The position numbers were made by a program, and so were the translations under genes. The notes under the pieces are model-generated. The model was given only the letters and a program-made list of their open reading frames with translations, had not been told where the DNA came from and did no database searches. 64,000 nucleotides of DNA, taken from positions 261,083 through 325,082 of the forward strand of contig MU619257.1 of assembly GCA_025201805.1 (NCBI GenBank), read 5' to 3'. The first letter of the stretch is position 1; every line of letters begins with the position of its first letter. Shown piece after piece: positions 52,301-64,000 of the stretch. The stretch comes from Parasitella parasitica NRRL 2501. Lineage: Eukaryota > Fungi > Mucoromycota.

Positions 52301-53759
52301 AGGTATTCCTTTTATGTCAAAATAAGTCAGTAAAATGATTCTGCCAAAGAGTTACAATCTTTTAGAAATACATCTTTTGAATGTGTTCATATCAACTAAC
52401 AATATGTGATAACGTCATAATGTACGACTGTAACAAAGGTTTACTTATAGAGCATGCGGTGTAAATTCCTGATTACCCACACACATTGGCTTTAGCCCCT
52501 TGATCTGGCTACAAGCCGTATAGCATGTTATTATAATACAACAATTCCATCGCTGAAATAACATATACCAACTTAGCTATTTGACATGACACATTATTAA
52601 AGAACAGCAACGCAGTCGATTTTGTCTAAGCCTTGACTCTGAAGTGAACTAGACTAGATTCCCATCATAAAATATTGTCACTATTTCGATAATAGTAGTT
52701 ATGACTACAAAGATAAGCAAATAGCAGGGATAGGAATTGACATATGTCAAAATAGCATTGTGCCACAGACTAAGCCTGAAAAGAAATAAACCATCAAAGA
52801 AATAAAGCTTTCTAATCGCATGAATGAAAACATGTTCAAAATGCCGTCCTTGATCAATCGTTGGATCAACAACATCAATAAACAACCCAACAATACTCAC
52901 ACTCACGTACGGTTAGGATAGCTACGATAGAATTTTTCTATTGTCTTGATGAATGACCGTCCCTATTCAATACAAGAAGTAAGATAGTATCCTACCAAGC
53001 CAGAACGGCCGATTAGAAACCATAACACAACACAAAGAATTACGGAACAGCTAAGAAATAAAGATAAAATTGTCTGCTAGTAAGACGACACCCAAATAAT
53101 ATAAATAGAGATGTAGAATGACAGCTTACTGCACACTCAATCCACTTTCAAAATAAAGAAGGATTTTAATCGCATCTCGCTTTTTTATACTTTTTTGCTG
53201 CGTTTCGCTGCAGATTCGATTACTACAAGGAAAATTCGAATTAAGCCAAATTTATTCACAAAAAGTGTCATATTTGTAATAATATTTTTATTTCGAGATA
53301 ATTTAAATTGGAAATTGTTATAACAAGAACTCGTTTCTTATAACAAACTTTATATTCAAATTAGATCAAATTTTCAGATGTGTCATGGGTAAAATAGGAT
53401 GTTTTCGGTTTGACCAAATGATACAATTGAGGGTTCAAATTTATACAACAAGCTAAAATTTACAAAATGATTCATAGCTATGTTGATAAATCTATCCAGT
53501 TACCCCTTCTAGGTATGTAATCATTATCAACTTACAATGGCACCAACCTTTTTCATATATCTTAAATTTCCTTGATTTTTTAAAATAGAACAAATACTGT
53601 TAACGTTATCTTGTGTTATTGCTACTGTAAGTTGATAATGATTACGGGAAGGGGTAACTAGATAGGTTTTATTAAATTAGTAGACAGGTAGTTTAGATGC
53701 ATTTAAAAATTCTGTTTATTTTGAAAGCAAAGCAAAAAGTATAGGCTATATACAAAACT

Positions 53760-55679
53760 TTATGAATCAGACATTTCTATATCAGAAGTTTCTTCGTATA
53801 CTTCTTCAATATCGCTATCTTTCCCATCATTTATTTCATTTTCTGGGCTTCCTACTTCTGCAGCATCATAGAAAAAATCGTCTTGATCGGACCCTTCTTG
53901 GTCGCTGACTTCAGCAACTTGCTCCTCAAACTTATATGTGCCATCCTTTTCTCTTTTATCTTCATTTTCATCCTTATTCTCATCCTGGTCATAATCCTCA
54001 TCCCCATCTTCTTCTTCATCCTCGTCCTCGTCCTCGTCCTCGCCCTCGTCCTCATCCTCATCCTCATCCTCATCCACATCCTCATCCACATCCTCTTCTT
54101 CATCCTCGTCCTCATCATCTTTGAACCTTAAATTTTCTTCAGCACTAACATCACTGCCTCTTTCATATTGACTCCAGCCATCATCATCGTCGCTATCATC
54201 AAACAACCGTACAAATCCACTCTGTTCCTCTTTCTCTCTCGCTTGTTCCTTGGCTTCTTGTATTAATGCAGGACGAGTCCACACCTTGGCAGCAGTAGCT
54301 TCTTCAACCGCCTTTCTCTTTTCTGCCCTGGCTAGTTTTTGAGCATGGAAATATTGAGGGCTCACCCAACTACCTAAACGAACAATACCCGCTGCCTGCT
54401 TTTCTTGTCTATTATTGGCAGTTCGTCGAGCAACATGAGGTAGTCTACAATTAGCATTGGAGCATTTCCCAGTTTCAGCAAATTCAGGGCACACGTGAAT
54501 ATGTTTTTCATCACATCTCAAACCCTTTGGACAATAGCCTTCCATAGCAAATGCTCTACATACAGGCGCATCTTTACTGACAAGAACATGGGTATACATA
54601 CATGGATCATTCGTACAGTGCCCCTTTTGAAAATGAACGCAGTGTGGCATGATATGTGAATTAGGTGTATGAGATAATCGGCATTCAGATGGTGCTTTTT
54701 TACAGCGGTTTTGTAAAAAGCGGGGGCAAATAGCTCTTCTATTGGTATCATGAACAAAGGGGCAGCGAGTCCCGTTGGGGCATTTGCCATATCGTGTGAA
54801 GAATCCGCAATGCCGAGGTTTCTTTATGGAACGTCTATGGGTGCTCAAAACAAGAGATTTACCAGATCGACCTTGACGGACATATCCCTCGGGACCTCGA
54901 ATAAAAACCATGTTTCCTTTCTGACGGGGATGGCGAGTATTAGCGTTTTTAGACGAAAGTTTGATAGTCGGTGCTTTGCCAATAACCATATTTTTGTTCT
55001 TATCTCTTCTTTTTAAACTAAATTACGAAAGAAATTAATCAAAAAGGCAATATAAAGTGTGATATATACGCTACCTTTTGACAGATTTTCTTATTAATAC
55101 TTTAGGTACAGTTGAATTAGCCATGATGAGATTAGTTTTAGTCATATTTGAGTCAAACAAGTCTTTCCTGATCAGCTTCTTTCCTTTCACCACAAAATCC
55201 ACACCATCGATAGCAACTTGCTTTCTACCGGTTGCAGTATCAATTGACTTGACCATTGTATTAGTGGTAGTTGTATTAGCTCCTTTGTGATTTATGATTA
55301 ACTTTTTGTTATGACTCTTTGGAACAGTTCCAGACAAGGTTGAGGGTTGATTATTCACTGCCAAAGAATGATTCTGCGCAATCTTCATAGTTGGGCTAAG
55401 GTAATTTGTTGCTGAAGATCTTTCAGTAGCAGACTTGATGAACTTGTTGTTTGTATTGACAGAGTAATAAGGCATGGCTGTTTTTCTAGATGCAGCACTA
55501 GAAAGAGACATATTACCACCTCGGCCACGATAAGACCCAAAGTTTGGTCTACCTCGAGATAAAGGAGGCGAGGTATAACCATGTCTATTCCTTTGCGGAT
55601 TACTCGAAATACTTTTATGTTGTTGGATAGCAGTGCTAAGTTTAGCAATGCGTTCTATCATCTCTTGGTCAGTAGCCAT
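53760..55679 (-). CDS. ZC3H3/Red5-like protein with five tandem CCCH zinc fingers and an acidic tail (one intron near 55016-55075)
   Basis: N-terminus MATDQEMIERIAKLSTAIQQHK; fingers CGFFTRYGKCPNGTRCPFVH, CPRFLQNRC..CRLSH, CVHFQKGHCTNDPCMYTH, CRAFAMEGYCPKGLRCDEKH, CPEFAETGKCSNANCRLPH; D/E tract ~53995-54120. Confidence 0.88.
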
Positions 55680-57232
55680 CCTATTTTATAATGTGTATAG
55701 AAAAAAAAAATTCAAGACATCTTTAATGGCATAAGTAGTTTTAAATTACCAGGTCACAGCATATTGATTCACTCAAATTCATCATTTGATATCTAGATAG
55801 AATGGTATATGGTTTGTCTGCCTTAATCTTTTAAAGATGGCGCAATGAAAAGATGAAGTAAGGTTTTTTACAGTTAATTTACTCAATTCAGCTCAACTAA
55901 AATGAAAGACATCAAATCATGAAACTCACGTAGTCTTAATAAAAAGACGCTGAAAGATTTTGATTGCATATAAGTAAAGGGAAAAAAGATGTAGTAAGGT
56001 TGATTTATGCATAACAATATGACTACTTGATTGTCAAATTACCCAGTGGTGGAATACACCTAGAATTGTGCAACAAACCGTAAATGTGCACTTGCTTTTT
56101 TGTAAAGTATATTTCAATCATTTTACTCCATTCTGGAAAACATACTTCCCTTCAGTTCACATTTTTGGAATAAATTTTATCTAAAATGCATACTATTAGA
56201 TGCAAAATTGAATACTTTACAAACTTATAATACATTCTGTGCTAATTTTTTCTTAAAAATATTCATAAAAGAGTCTCTCTAAATCAAATCTGGCAGAAAG
56301 AAAAAGTCAAGAGATCGAATTTACACTAGTACCGTATCAGCAGTAATGGACATCTTACTGCCTCACATAGAGAACTCGGTGGAATAATAGATTAAAATAA
56401 AATAAGGGAATATCAAAACTAGTACGGTGAAACGTTTGGAAGAGCCTTTAAAGTGTCTTCAACCATCGATCATAGCTGAATGAAGAAGTAAATTATAGCA
56501 CCAAATGCTCGTTTTTTAACAAATTATGGGCTATTAGCTTCCAATATGATTTATTTTTCTACCGTATAAGTTGCACATTAAATAAATGAAAAAGAATTCA
56601 GTTATATACATTATTTCCAAATTTCTTGATTGTCATCACTTTATTCAATGATAATTAGGCACTAGATTCTTAGCTACCCGCATTGTAACACACCTCTCAT
56701 TTAAAAAATGAGAACAACTGTATAAACAGCTGTTATTAATACCTGCGTAGACGCCCTTATTAAATGCCATGGCAAAAAGTATAAAATCAAGTAGATTCAT
56801 TGTCAAAATCTGTATAATATTGTGGCCAAGTACGCCTTTTAATTTTCAGATAATTAGTTCTGTTGACAATATAGCAATTAATAGAACATACCTCAGTAAA
56901 TGTATCTAACTAGCTTTATTGATTTGGCATAATTTCAGTCCTATCCTTGGCTGATAAGACCGGACACAATCTATATATATCTATGTTGATTTGATAATTA
57001 AATCAAATCCAGTATACTCGGAAGTTTGAAATCTTTCTATAATATCGGTTATCTACTTTTACTCATATTTGTTATAATAAAACAGCTGTATCGACCACTT
57101 GATTGAAATTTGTAGACGCTGGAAGTAGTGCAACCCAATTCAATCCCAGTATGGTTAACTAGTTCTATGTACAGGTTCATTCTTTGATTGAACCTTTCTT
57201 ATAAAAATCGCTTTACTTGTTTAATAATCAAT

Positions 57233-58877
57233 ATGGCACTTGAAACAGATATGAATGAGAAGTCCATCGATACGGCACTGAATGCGGAAACAAAAGCACA
57301 AAACTTAATAGCGAACAGCAGCTCTGCCGAGACAGCGCTAGGAGTAGGCAAACCGGCGCCAGAGCCGGCAGGTTCAGAACATGAAAAGAAATATGAACAA
57401 GAGCAATCAACTTGTTTGATTGAGGATGTGCCTGTTATAGTTATTCAATGCGACAAGGATGAATATCTGGTCAAAACAATTGATTGGAAAAACAAAAAAG
57501 TATGCATTATTACACAAAATGGTAGAGTACACGCAATCATCCTGTGGTGCATGTTATAATTATTGAAATAGAAAATGGACCATGTCCTTTGGTTGCCATT
57601 TGCAATGTGCTATTTTTACGTGGAGATTTAGAAATAAGACCGCCTGACAGAGAATTTGTTACGTTCGAATACCTAGTGGATAGACTGGGCGATTACCTGT
57701 TGACTCATGCACCCACGGACGAGCCTATGGTAACTATGCGTGTATATGTGTATTAGCAACTTTTTTTCATCATCACATGTTTAAACGCAACCACAGGCTG
57801 CTACAGATACCACTACCAAAACTGAAAAATTGCCTCAAGCACCTAAGCGACAGGACACATCTGAATTCGTACTAACATACAGACATAATCTAGATACAGC
57901 TTTGTCTATTTTACCCAATTTGAAGAGTGGCCTTGATGTAAACGTCAAGTTTGATAATATCCATGGCTTTGAACCAACAGCCGAGTTAGCCATGTTTGAT
58001 TTATTCAATGTCAATCTAGTTCATGGTTGGGTTGCAGATCCTCAAGATGTGCAAACATACGATGTGATTGTCAACAAGTGTGGTACATACAATCATGTAG
58101 TCGAATTGATTGTACAAGCTGATGAATTGAGCACCTCTCAGAGCAATAAAGGTGGGCTTGTGACCGAATCTCTCACAACTGCTCAAGAGGAAAAACTGCA
58201 TGAAGGTAATGTGCTTATTACTGCTCTTTGGTTACACAAACCAACATAATACTTGATCTGTTATAGGCTTTGTAGCAAATGAATTCTTGAAAGACACGGC
58301 CACTCAGTTGACTTATTTTGGGCTTGATTTGCTATTGGAATCGATACCGACTGATACACTATGCGTGCTATTTAGAAACAATCATGTAAATGCCCATTCA
58401 AAAAAGAATATAGACGTGCACTATTAACATTGTGCACAATACCAGTTTTCGACTGTTTACAGACATCCAACACTCGGTCTATACATGCTGGTAACTGACT
58501 CTGGTCTAGTGTCGGAACGCTCTGTCATTTGGGAGAGTCTGGCTGATGTTGATCAAGGTTCATCGGAATTTCGCAGCAGTTCATTTTCCAAGCCGAATAT
58601 TCAGGAGAGCAAGAATAGCAGCAATCATGTTGTAGCAGATGTCAATGCAGATCTCGAGTAAGTTATAGTATCTTCAATTTCTAAACATCAAGAGGAATTA
58701 ATATTACTTGACAGTTATGCCATTGCCGTATCCTTACAAGATGAGCAGAAGAGGCAGTATCGACAAAGCTTGATTGAGCAGCAGCAACAGCAGCAACAGC
58801 AGCAACACATTACACAGAATCCACCTTCCAGCTCATCAGACAAGCCAAAAAAGAATAACAATTGTACCGTTTCCTGA
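57233..58877 (+). CDS. MINDY-1/2 (FAM63/DUF544) K48 deubiquitinase, multi-exon
   Basis: IITQNENGPCPLVAICNVL (catalytic Cys), GLDVNVKF, LVHGWVADP, ATQLTYFGL, LFRNNHFST (catalytic His), LYMLVTDSG..VIWESL, MIU-like DYAIAVSLQ, C-terminal CaaX (CTVS). Confidence 0.92.
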
Positions 58878-59160
58878 TAAGACAAAAAACTAGCAACCTG
58901 GTTTTCCAGAGAGCAACGAAAGACTACATATATTAGATTGAGAAATTTTCTTGGTATTTGCTTGCTTTCGTCAAATAAAGATCTGCTGTATACCAATATG
59001 TTTTTTCCTAATTCTGCCGTGTGGTTAACGTTCTACAAGGAATAAAACTCCTACACTCCCTCCCCTCCTTCTTGGAGAAGCAAACAGTAAACGTGAGGAA
59101 TCCTCCCTTTATCAAAGACCTTTCAAGACTTCCCCTATTTAAATGCAAAANNNNNNNNNN

Positions 59161-59195
<35 letters not shown>

Positions 59196-59690
59196 TAAGG
59201 ATCTTGGGATGCCCTGATTTTTCATCGTAATGCGAATTTAATGAACCACGCCGATCCAATAGTGCAAAATTTATTCAAATTGTTGGACACCATGGAAACT
59301 GCTCTTGGTGAATTGGGTTTATTTGACCTATTTATGGTAATTTTATTATACAGTGCGATCGGGAAAACTGAATGCATTCATTGATCGTGACAGGATTAAG
59401 ATATAAAGCGTGCTTGGATCTCTAATTCTTTTACTTCTTCTTCCTCTTTCTGTAACGTTTCTTTATTTGATTTTTAAATCTCGCATGAAAAATTAAAAAC
59501 CTTGCACAAACAAATGTACCTCTACCACCAAGCCTGAAAATTTAAAATACCTTCAAACGTACCCATATTTCCATCGATCGAACCAAAATCTTTATACATC
59601 CCAATAACCATCTACCATCACCACTAACAGAGAAGCATTGCATTTATATACATTCAGTAACATCTCACCAATTGAAGTGTCTTACAAAAT

Positions 59691-61172
59691 ATGACATCAG
59701 GAGGTACATATACAAATATTTGCTCGCATTTAGTGTTATGAAATGTTGATCCGTCCAACTTAGACACACAAGACCTCAACTACCAGCAAAACAACAATAG
59801 TGAAAACGAAGGGACAACAGTGCGAACTCAAGCAGCATTTGTTAATAAACTATACAAGTAACAAAATAAACACATATAGCCTCCACACACACAGACTAAA
59901 TCACTCTTCCAAACAAATAGGATGTTGGAGGATCTGAGTATTCAGCACCTTATTTCCTGGTCAGAGAGAGGAGACCTGTTCAGTGTATCGAATCCAACAG
60001 CTTTTTCGAAAACTGTGCTTCCTCAGTACTTTAAACATAACAATTGGCAAAGCTTTGTTCGACAATTAAACAGTAAGGCGGTATTCTCTGTTTGTGCCTG
60101 CATTGGATCGAATGACTATATTATTTTGAAATAACATACGTTTGAATAGTGTATGGATTTCACAAGGTAAATGACATGATTCATTCAAACTTGACATCAG
60201 ACAATCAAACATGGGAATTCAAGCATCCTCATTTCAGACGAGGTGCAGTGGAAGATTTACAAAATGTCAAACGCAAAAGCACAAAGCCCAACTTCTCTAA
60301 TCTGCCAGCACAAACGCCCAACAACACACGAGGTCAATCGGAAAACGATGATGATATTTATGGCCCAATGTACAAACACATTCTACACATAGAAGATCGA
60401 CTTCATCATGTATCTCGATCGCATGAAATACTCAAGAACGAGACAAATTTTCTCCGCGGACTACTGAGCCAACAGCAGCAAACAATTGGCACTTTCGCCG
60501 CTCTATTAAACGAGGTTCTTGATACAGAAGGTACTAGACGTGTTGGTTCATATGTATGATTATTAAACACTATCGAAAACTAGCAAACCTTGACATCAGC
60601 AAAGACAAACGAGGTAATATCTGCGATGAAGAACATTTGTAGTATATAATCTCATTGTCCTTGCATAGTTTCCATGCTTTCTAAAATATCAGAATTACAA
60701 AACAACATGATTTCTCCTACATTTCAGTATCCACATCATTATCAGCAACTACAACAGCAGCAGCATTCTGATCAAACAGATCCACCACAACAAGTGTATC
60801 CAAATGACATTCCTCCAGCTGGAAACAGAACATTTGAACAGTTCCTACATACTCAACAATTTCAGATGCATTCGAGATCTTCATACTCGTCTCAATCGCC
60901 ATCATTGTCTCCCAGCAGCGGTAAGCTTCTCATATCTCGGCCAACTTTTCTTGCTAATGAAAAAATAAAAAAAAGTCTCTACAAATCGAAGATTAGGATT
61001 TGGGAAAGAATCCCATTTATTGAATCCAGAACCTTCTGATAACATTCCAACTAGCCAAGACGTGGAAGCTTCAGGTAAACAAGTTATGACAACACTAGAT
61101 GATGCGCTGATCCCCTTTAAACTAGAGCGAGACGAAAAAAGCTATCTAAAAAAAAAGCTAAGAACTGAATAA
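59691..61172 (+). CDS. HSF-type DNA-binding transcription factor, multi-exon
   Basis: [66 protein letters not shown], then coiled coil. Terminal exon boundaries inferred. Confidence 0.9.
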
Positions 61173-64000
61173 GCAAAAAACCGACTGCACTCGATTTCAA
61201 GCTGTATTATGACACGATTTTTCACTGACATTTCTAACATTTACGTATACTTTTACATTTCTCCATTTATATGCATATGCTTTCTTCTTGTTTTGCTCCC
61301 CCTCCCCACTTTTCTCTCTCTTGATCGAAAATAGCTACGCATTTTCTTTATCTATGTTCTTCTTTATGCACAATTCTATAATCATATAATAAAAGGTTGT
61401 TTTATGACAGAATAAAGCTCCAAGTTATCGAGGAAACTATGTATTAGCACGCTTTTATCACTGCAAATCATCGTAGAGACATGCAAAAATGCCTCCTTCT
61501 CCTTTCGATAAAGATGGGTCATTATGAAATTTTATCGATTGCTACCGGAATGTTCAAAGTACGCGAAAATTTGGGCATGCACAAATATCAGCGCCTCCTT
61601 CTTTCTTTCTGAATACGGGCCTTTGGCATATTCTGGGTTTCTCGTTTTTGGATGAAAGACCCAATTATTCGGAACTTGCTAAAATGTCACCTAGTAAATA
61701 ATCGATATTATCTAAATTCATTATTGACCACATTTAAATCCGATTTCGATCTTTTTCGCATATTCTCATTTATAAGGCAAATTGCTAGAGCCTTCTCTTG
61801 CTCTTATTTTAATTGTCCTCGTACGAGAATATAAAGTTATAACAAACTTGATGATCTTCTCTGTTGATCTGTAAAAAAAAAAAAATTGCATTCTTGATTT
61901 TGTTTTTATTTTTATTTTTATTTTTTGCCATCTATCGAAGATTTTCCAATTAATTCAAGATCATGATAGAATGTGTCCAACGCTAAATGAGGATCTAAAC
62001 TTACCGACCATTCAGAAGATCTTCTCCTGACTTTTTTTGTTCCAAAAAGGATCATGTGGAAAGAGATGTCTCTCCTTGATTGCCATAGAATCTTCTGTGC
62101 AAGTAGATCCTGATTTAGTATATTTAAGCGATGCTCACTATCCATGCTTTGTGTCCAGTAAACGAGGCAGCATAAAATTTCATTTGTCTATTCATATTGC
62201 TTTTGCGTCACCTTAGTTTTCCTTTTTCTTGTGTATGCATCACTCATAATATAAGGGTCCTTTAATGATCATAAGACACATCGTATCTCAATTTTGATAT
62301 AATCACCAGAATAATTATCTTGAGTCAATTCACTCACCAGATAAAGCATTGGAATACATAAGCAAGACGGTTCTGGCGGCTTATATGTATAAATGCTTAA
62401 ATTCACACCATAGACATCCTAATGATAAAAGATGCTCGAAATAAAGAACGGTCTTATGTATTTCTCCCATTAAATTAAATTCATCGAGACAAACGATACC
62501 TTTAAAATGCCTCTTGTTTTCTCTCTTAACTAAAGCATCGTGCATCATGACTTTTGACACATGCTATTGCTGCTTTTGTACACATGAATTTCTCTTTTCA
62601 AGTTTGCTAATTTGCAATTTATCGGTGCTAATTAGTAGATGTCTAATACAATTAACATGTCAATCATTGGATTAATCAAAATTGTATTTAGTTGGTACTA
62701 TACCTCCACACTATTCTTCATTCTAATGATTACTTACATATTGTTTACAGTTTAGTATACACCAAAGTTCAGAATGTTCGATAGCATTCTTAAATCGCGA
62801 TGATAGCTGTCGCTCCCTCTCATACCGTATGCGTAAACTGGCATAATAACAGCTACCGAAAAGTTGCTATCTCTCTTTATAATACTATTGAAAAAGAGCC
62901 CATATAAGTATAATTTTCTCGCAAATGTATAACATCATCTTGCATGCCTTTAACGAGCTATTACATTATCAGGAACCATAAAGCTAGATTGGCCGTTGAC
63001 AAAAATATGCATGTCATGACGAACCCACCAAATTAGGATGAATCAAGACTTAATGAGGCATATGTCACCCTTCTGATCTCCCATGAAGTAGGAGGTTATT
63101 CTAGACAACGTCTTTTGATCAAGATATTCTATAACATTATCTCACTCTTTGAAAATAGTAATTCGAAAATATACAATCTTTTCTTGTGCTTTGTTTTGAT
63201 ATTAAATGATCTGTAAATCATAGTTTCGTTGCTGAAAACGTCCATTCCGAGTTTTAAAATGTGTCTCCTTTTGCCAATTATAATCAGGTTTTCAGAGACT
63301 AATTGTTTGAATCAAGCAGTGCTCAACAATAAAGGAGTGGAGTGAAAAGGGTGGAAGAAGAGCGTAGAGTTATCATAACCCCTGATAGTAAGAGAAGAAA
63401 AAAAACGAAAATCCTATCAGATGCTCATGAGGAGGGGCTCTCTTCGTTTTGGAGTTTAAGACGAGCACCCGGGTAGGAGAGGAATGGAGTATCCGCTGTC
63501 AGCAGTAACCTCCAAGGTGTACTCTTTGGCAATCACCTCAAGGGAGTTTTTTTTTTTTTTTTTTTTTTTGGAAAGAATCTCTATTGTTTGAGAATCAAAT
63601 GATTGTAGTACACTTGTAATTCTCCTCAGCGTAGGGCCAGGCGAAAGATATTCAGATACAAATTGATAATTTCAGCCGTGCTCTTTAGACAATTTTGATA
63701 TGCTGAAAGAGTTTATTGATCCAATTGATAGTTTACTACATGATTTATATCTATCTATAGGTGTATAGCCTGCAAAAGATAACAATATGAGAATATCAAA
63801 AAACTTCCTCCCTCCCTCCCTCCCTCAAAAAACAAATGCAAAATAACATACTTTCTCCATAGTACACAACATCTACATGGTAATCGCGATTATGGGTCTT
63901 CAGGTTTTTAGGATTAGCAGGACGACGATCGCATTTTGGCATTTTGGCATTTTGTCCAGACGCAAACACAAAGCAAAGGTTGAGGAAAGCAAGTTGCGAA

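Noticed and set aside
61400-63540. Possible decayed transposon or pseudogene DNA (also 1-480, 4890-5640, 9140-9660, 10076-10760, 38900-39800)
   Set aside because: Looks like eroded coding sequence, but I could not identify a diagnostic motif, so left unannotated.
63931-63954. (GCATTTTG)x3 tandem
   Set aside because: Too short to interpret; not telomere-like.

Overview
AT-rich, gene-dense eukaryotic DNA with short (~50-65 nt) spliceosomal introns. Gene content, intron style and transposon relics suggest a Mucorales fungus (inference). About 18 protein genes are supportable: KGD1, an orphan 37-aa-repeat protein, DIM1, an Abitram-like protein, an IRG/p47-like GTPase, a Ser-rich orphan, a PA-RING E3 ligase, a SAK1/CaMKK kinase, a multi-pass membrane protein, proteasome beta-4 (PRE1), acyl-protein thioesterase, RIC8, a low-complexity coiled-coil protein, a TVP15-like protein with a 10-nt micro-exon, a CCCH+Pumilio protein, a choline-transporter-like protein, a ZC3H3/Red5-like protein, a MINDY deubiquitinase and an HSF-type factor. 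Also present are tRNA-Arg(ACG), a CsbD-like pseudogene, two inverted ~1.2-kb copies of a non-coding repeat and several decayed retroelements. The most interesting signal is a ~700-nt non-coding segment on the minus strand (~29300-30005), head-to-head with PRE1. It has many strand-specific (G-U containing) helices, a 5'/3' closing helix, an 11-nt telomere-complementary stretch (AACCCUAACCC), a possible pseudoknot and a long arm ending in a CR4/5 P6.1-like hairpin, making it a candidate telomerase RNA gene. All structures and splice models were derived by eye and need computational or experimental confirmation.
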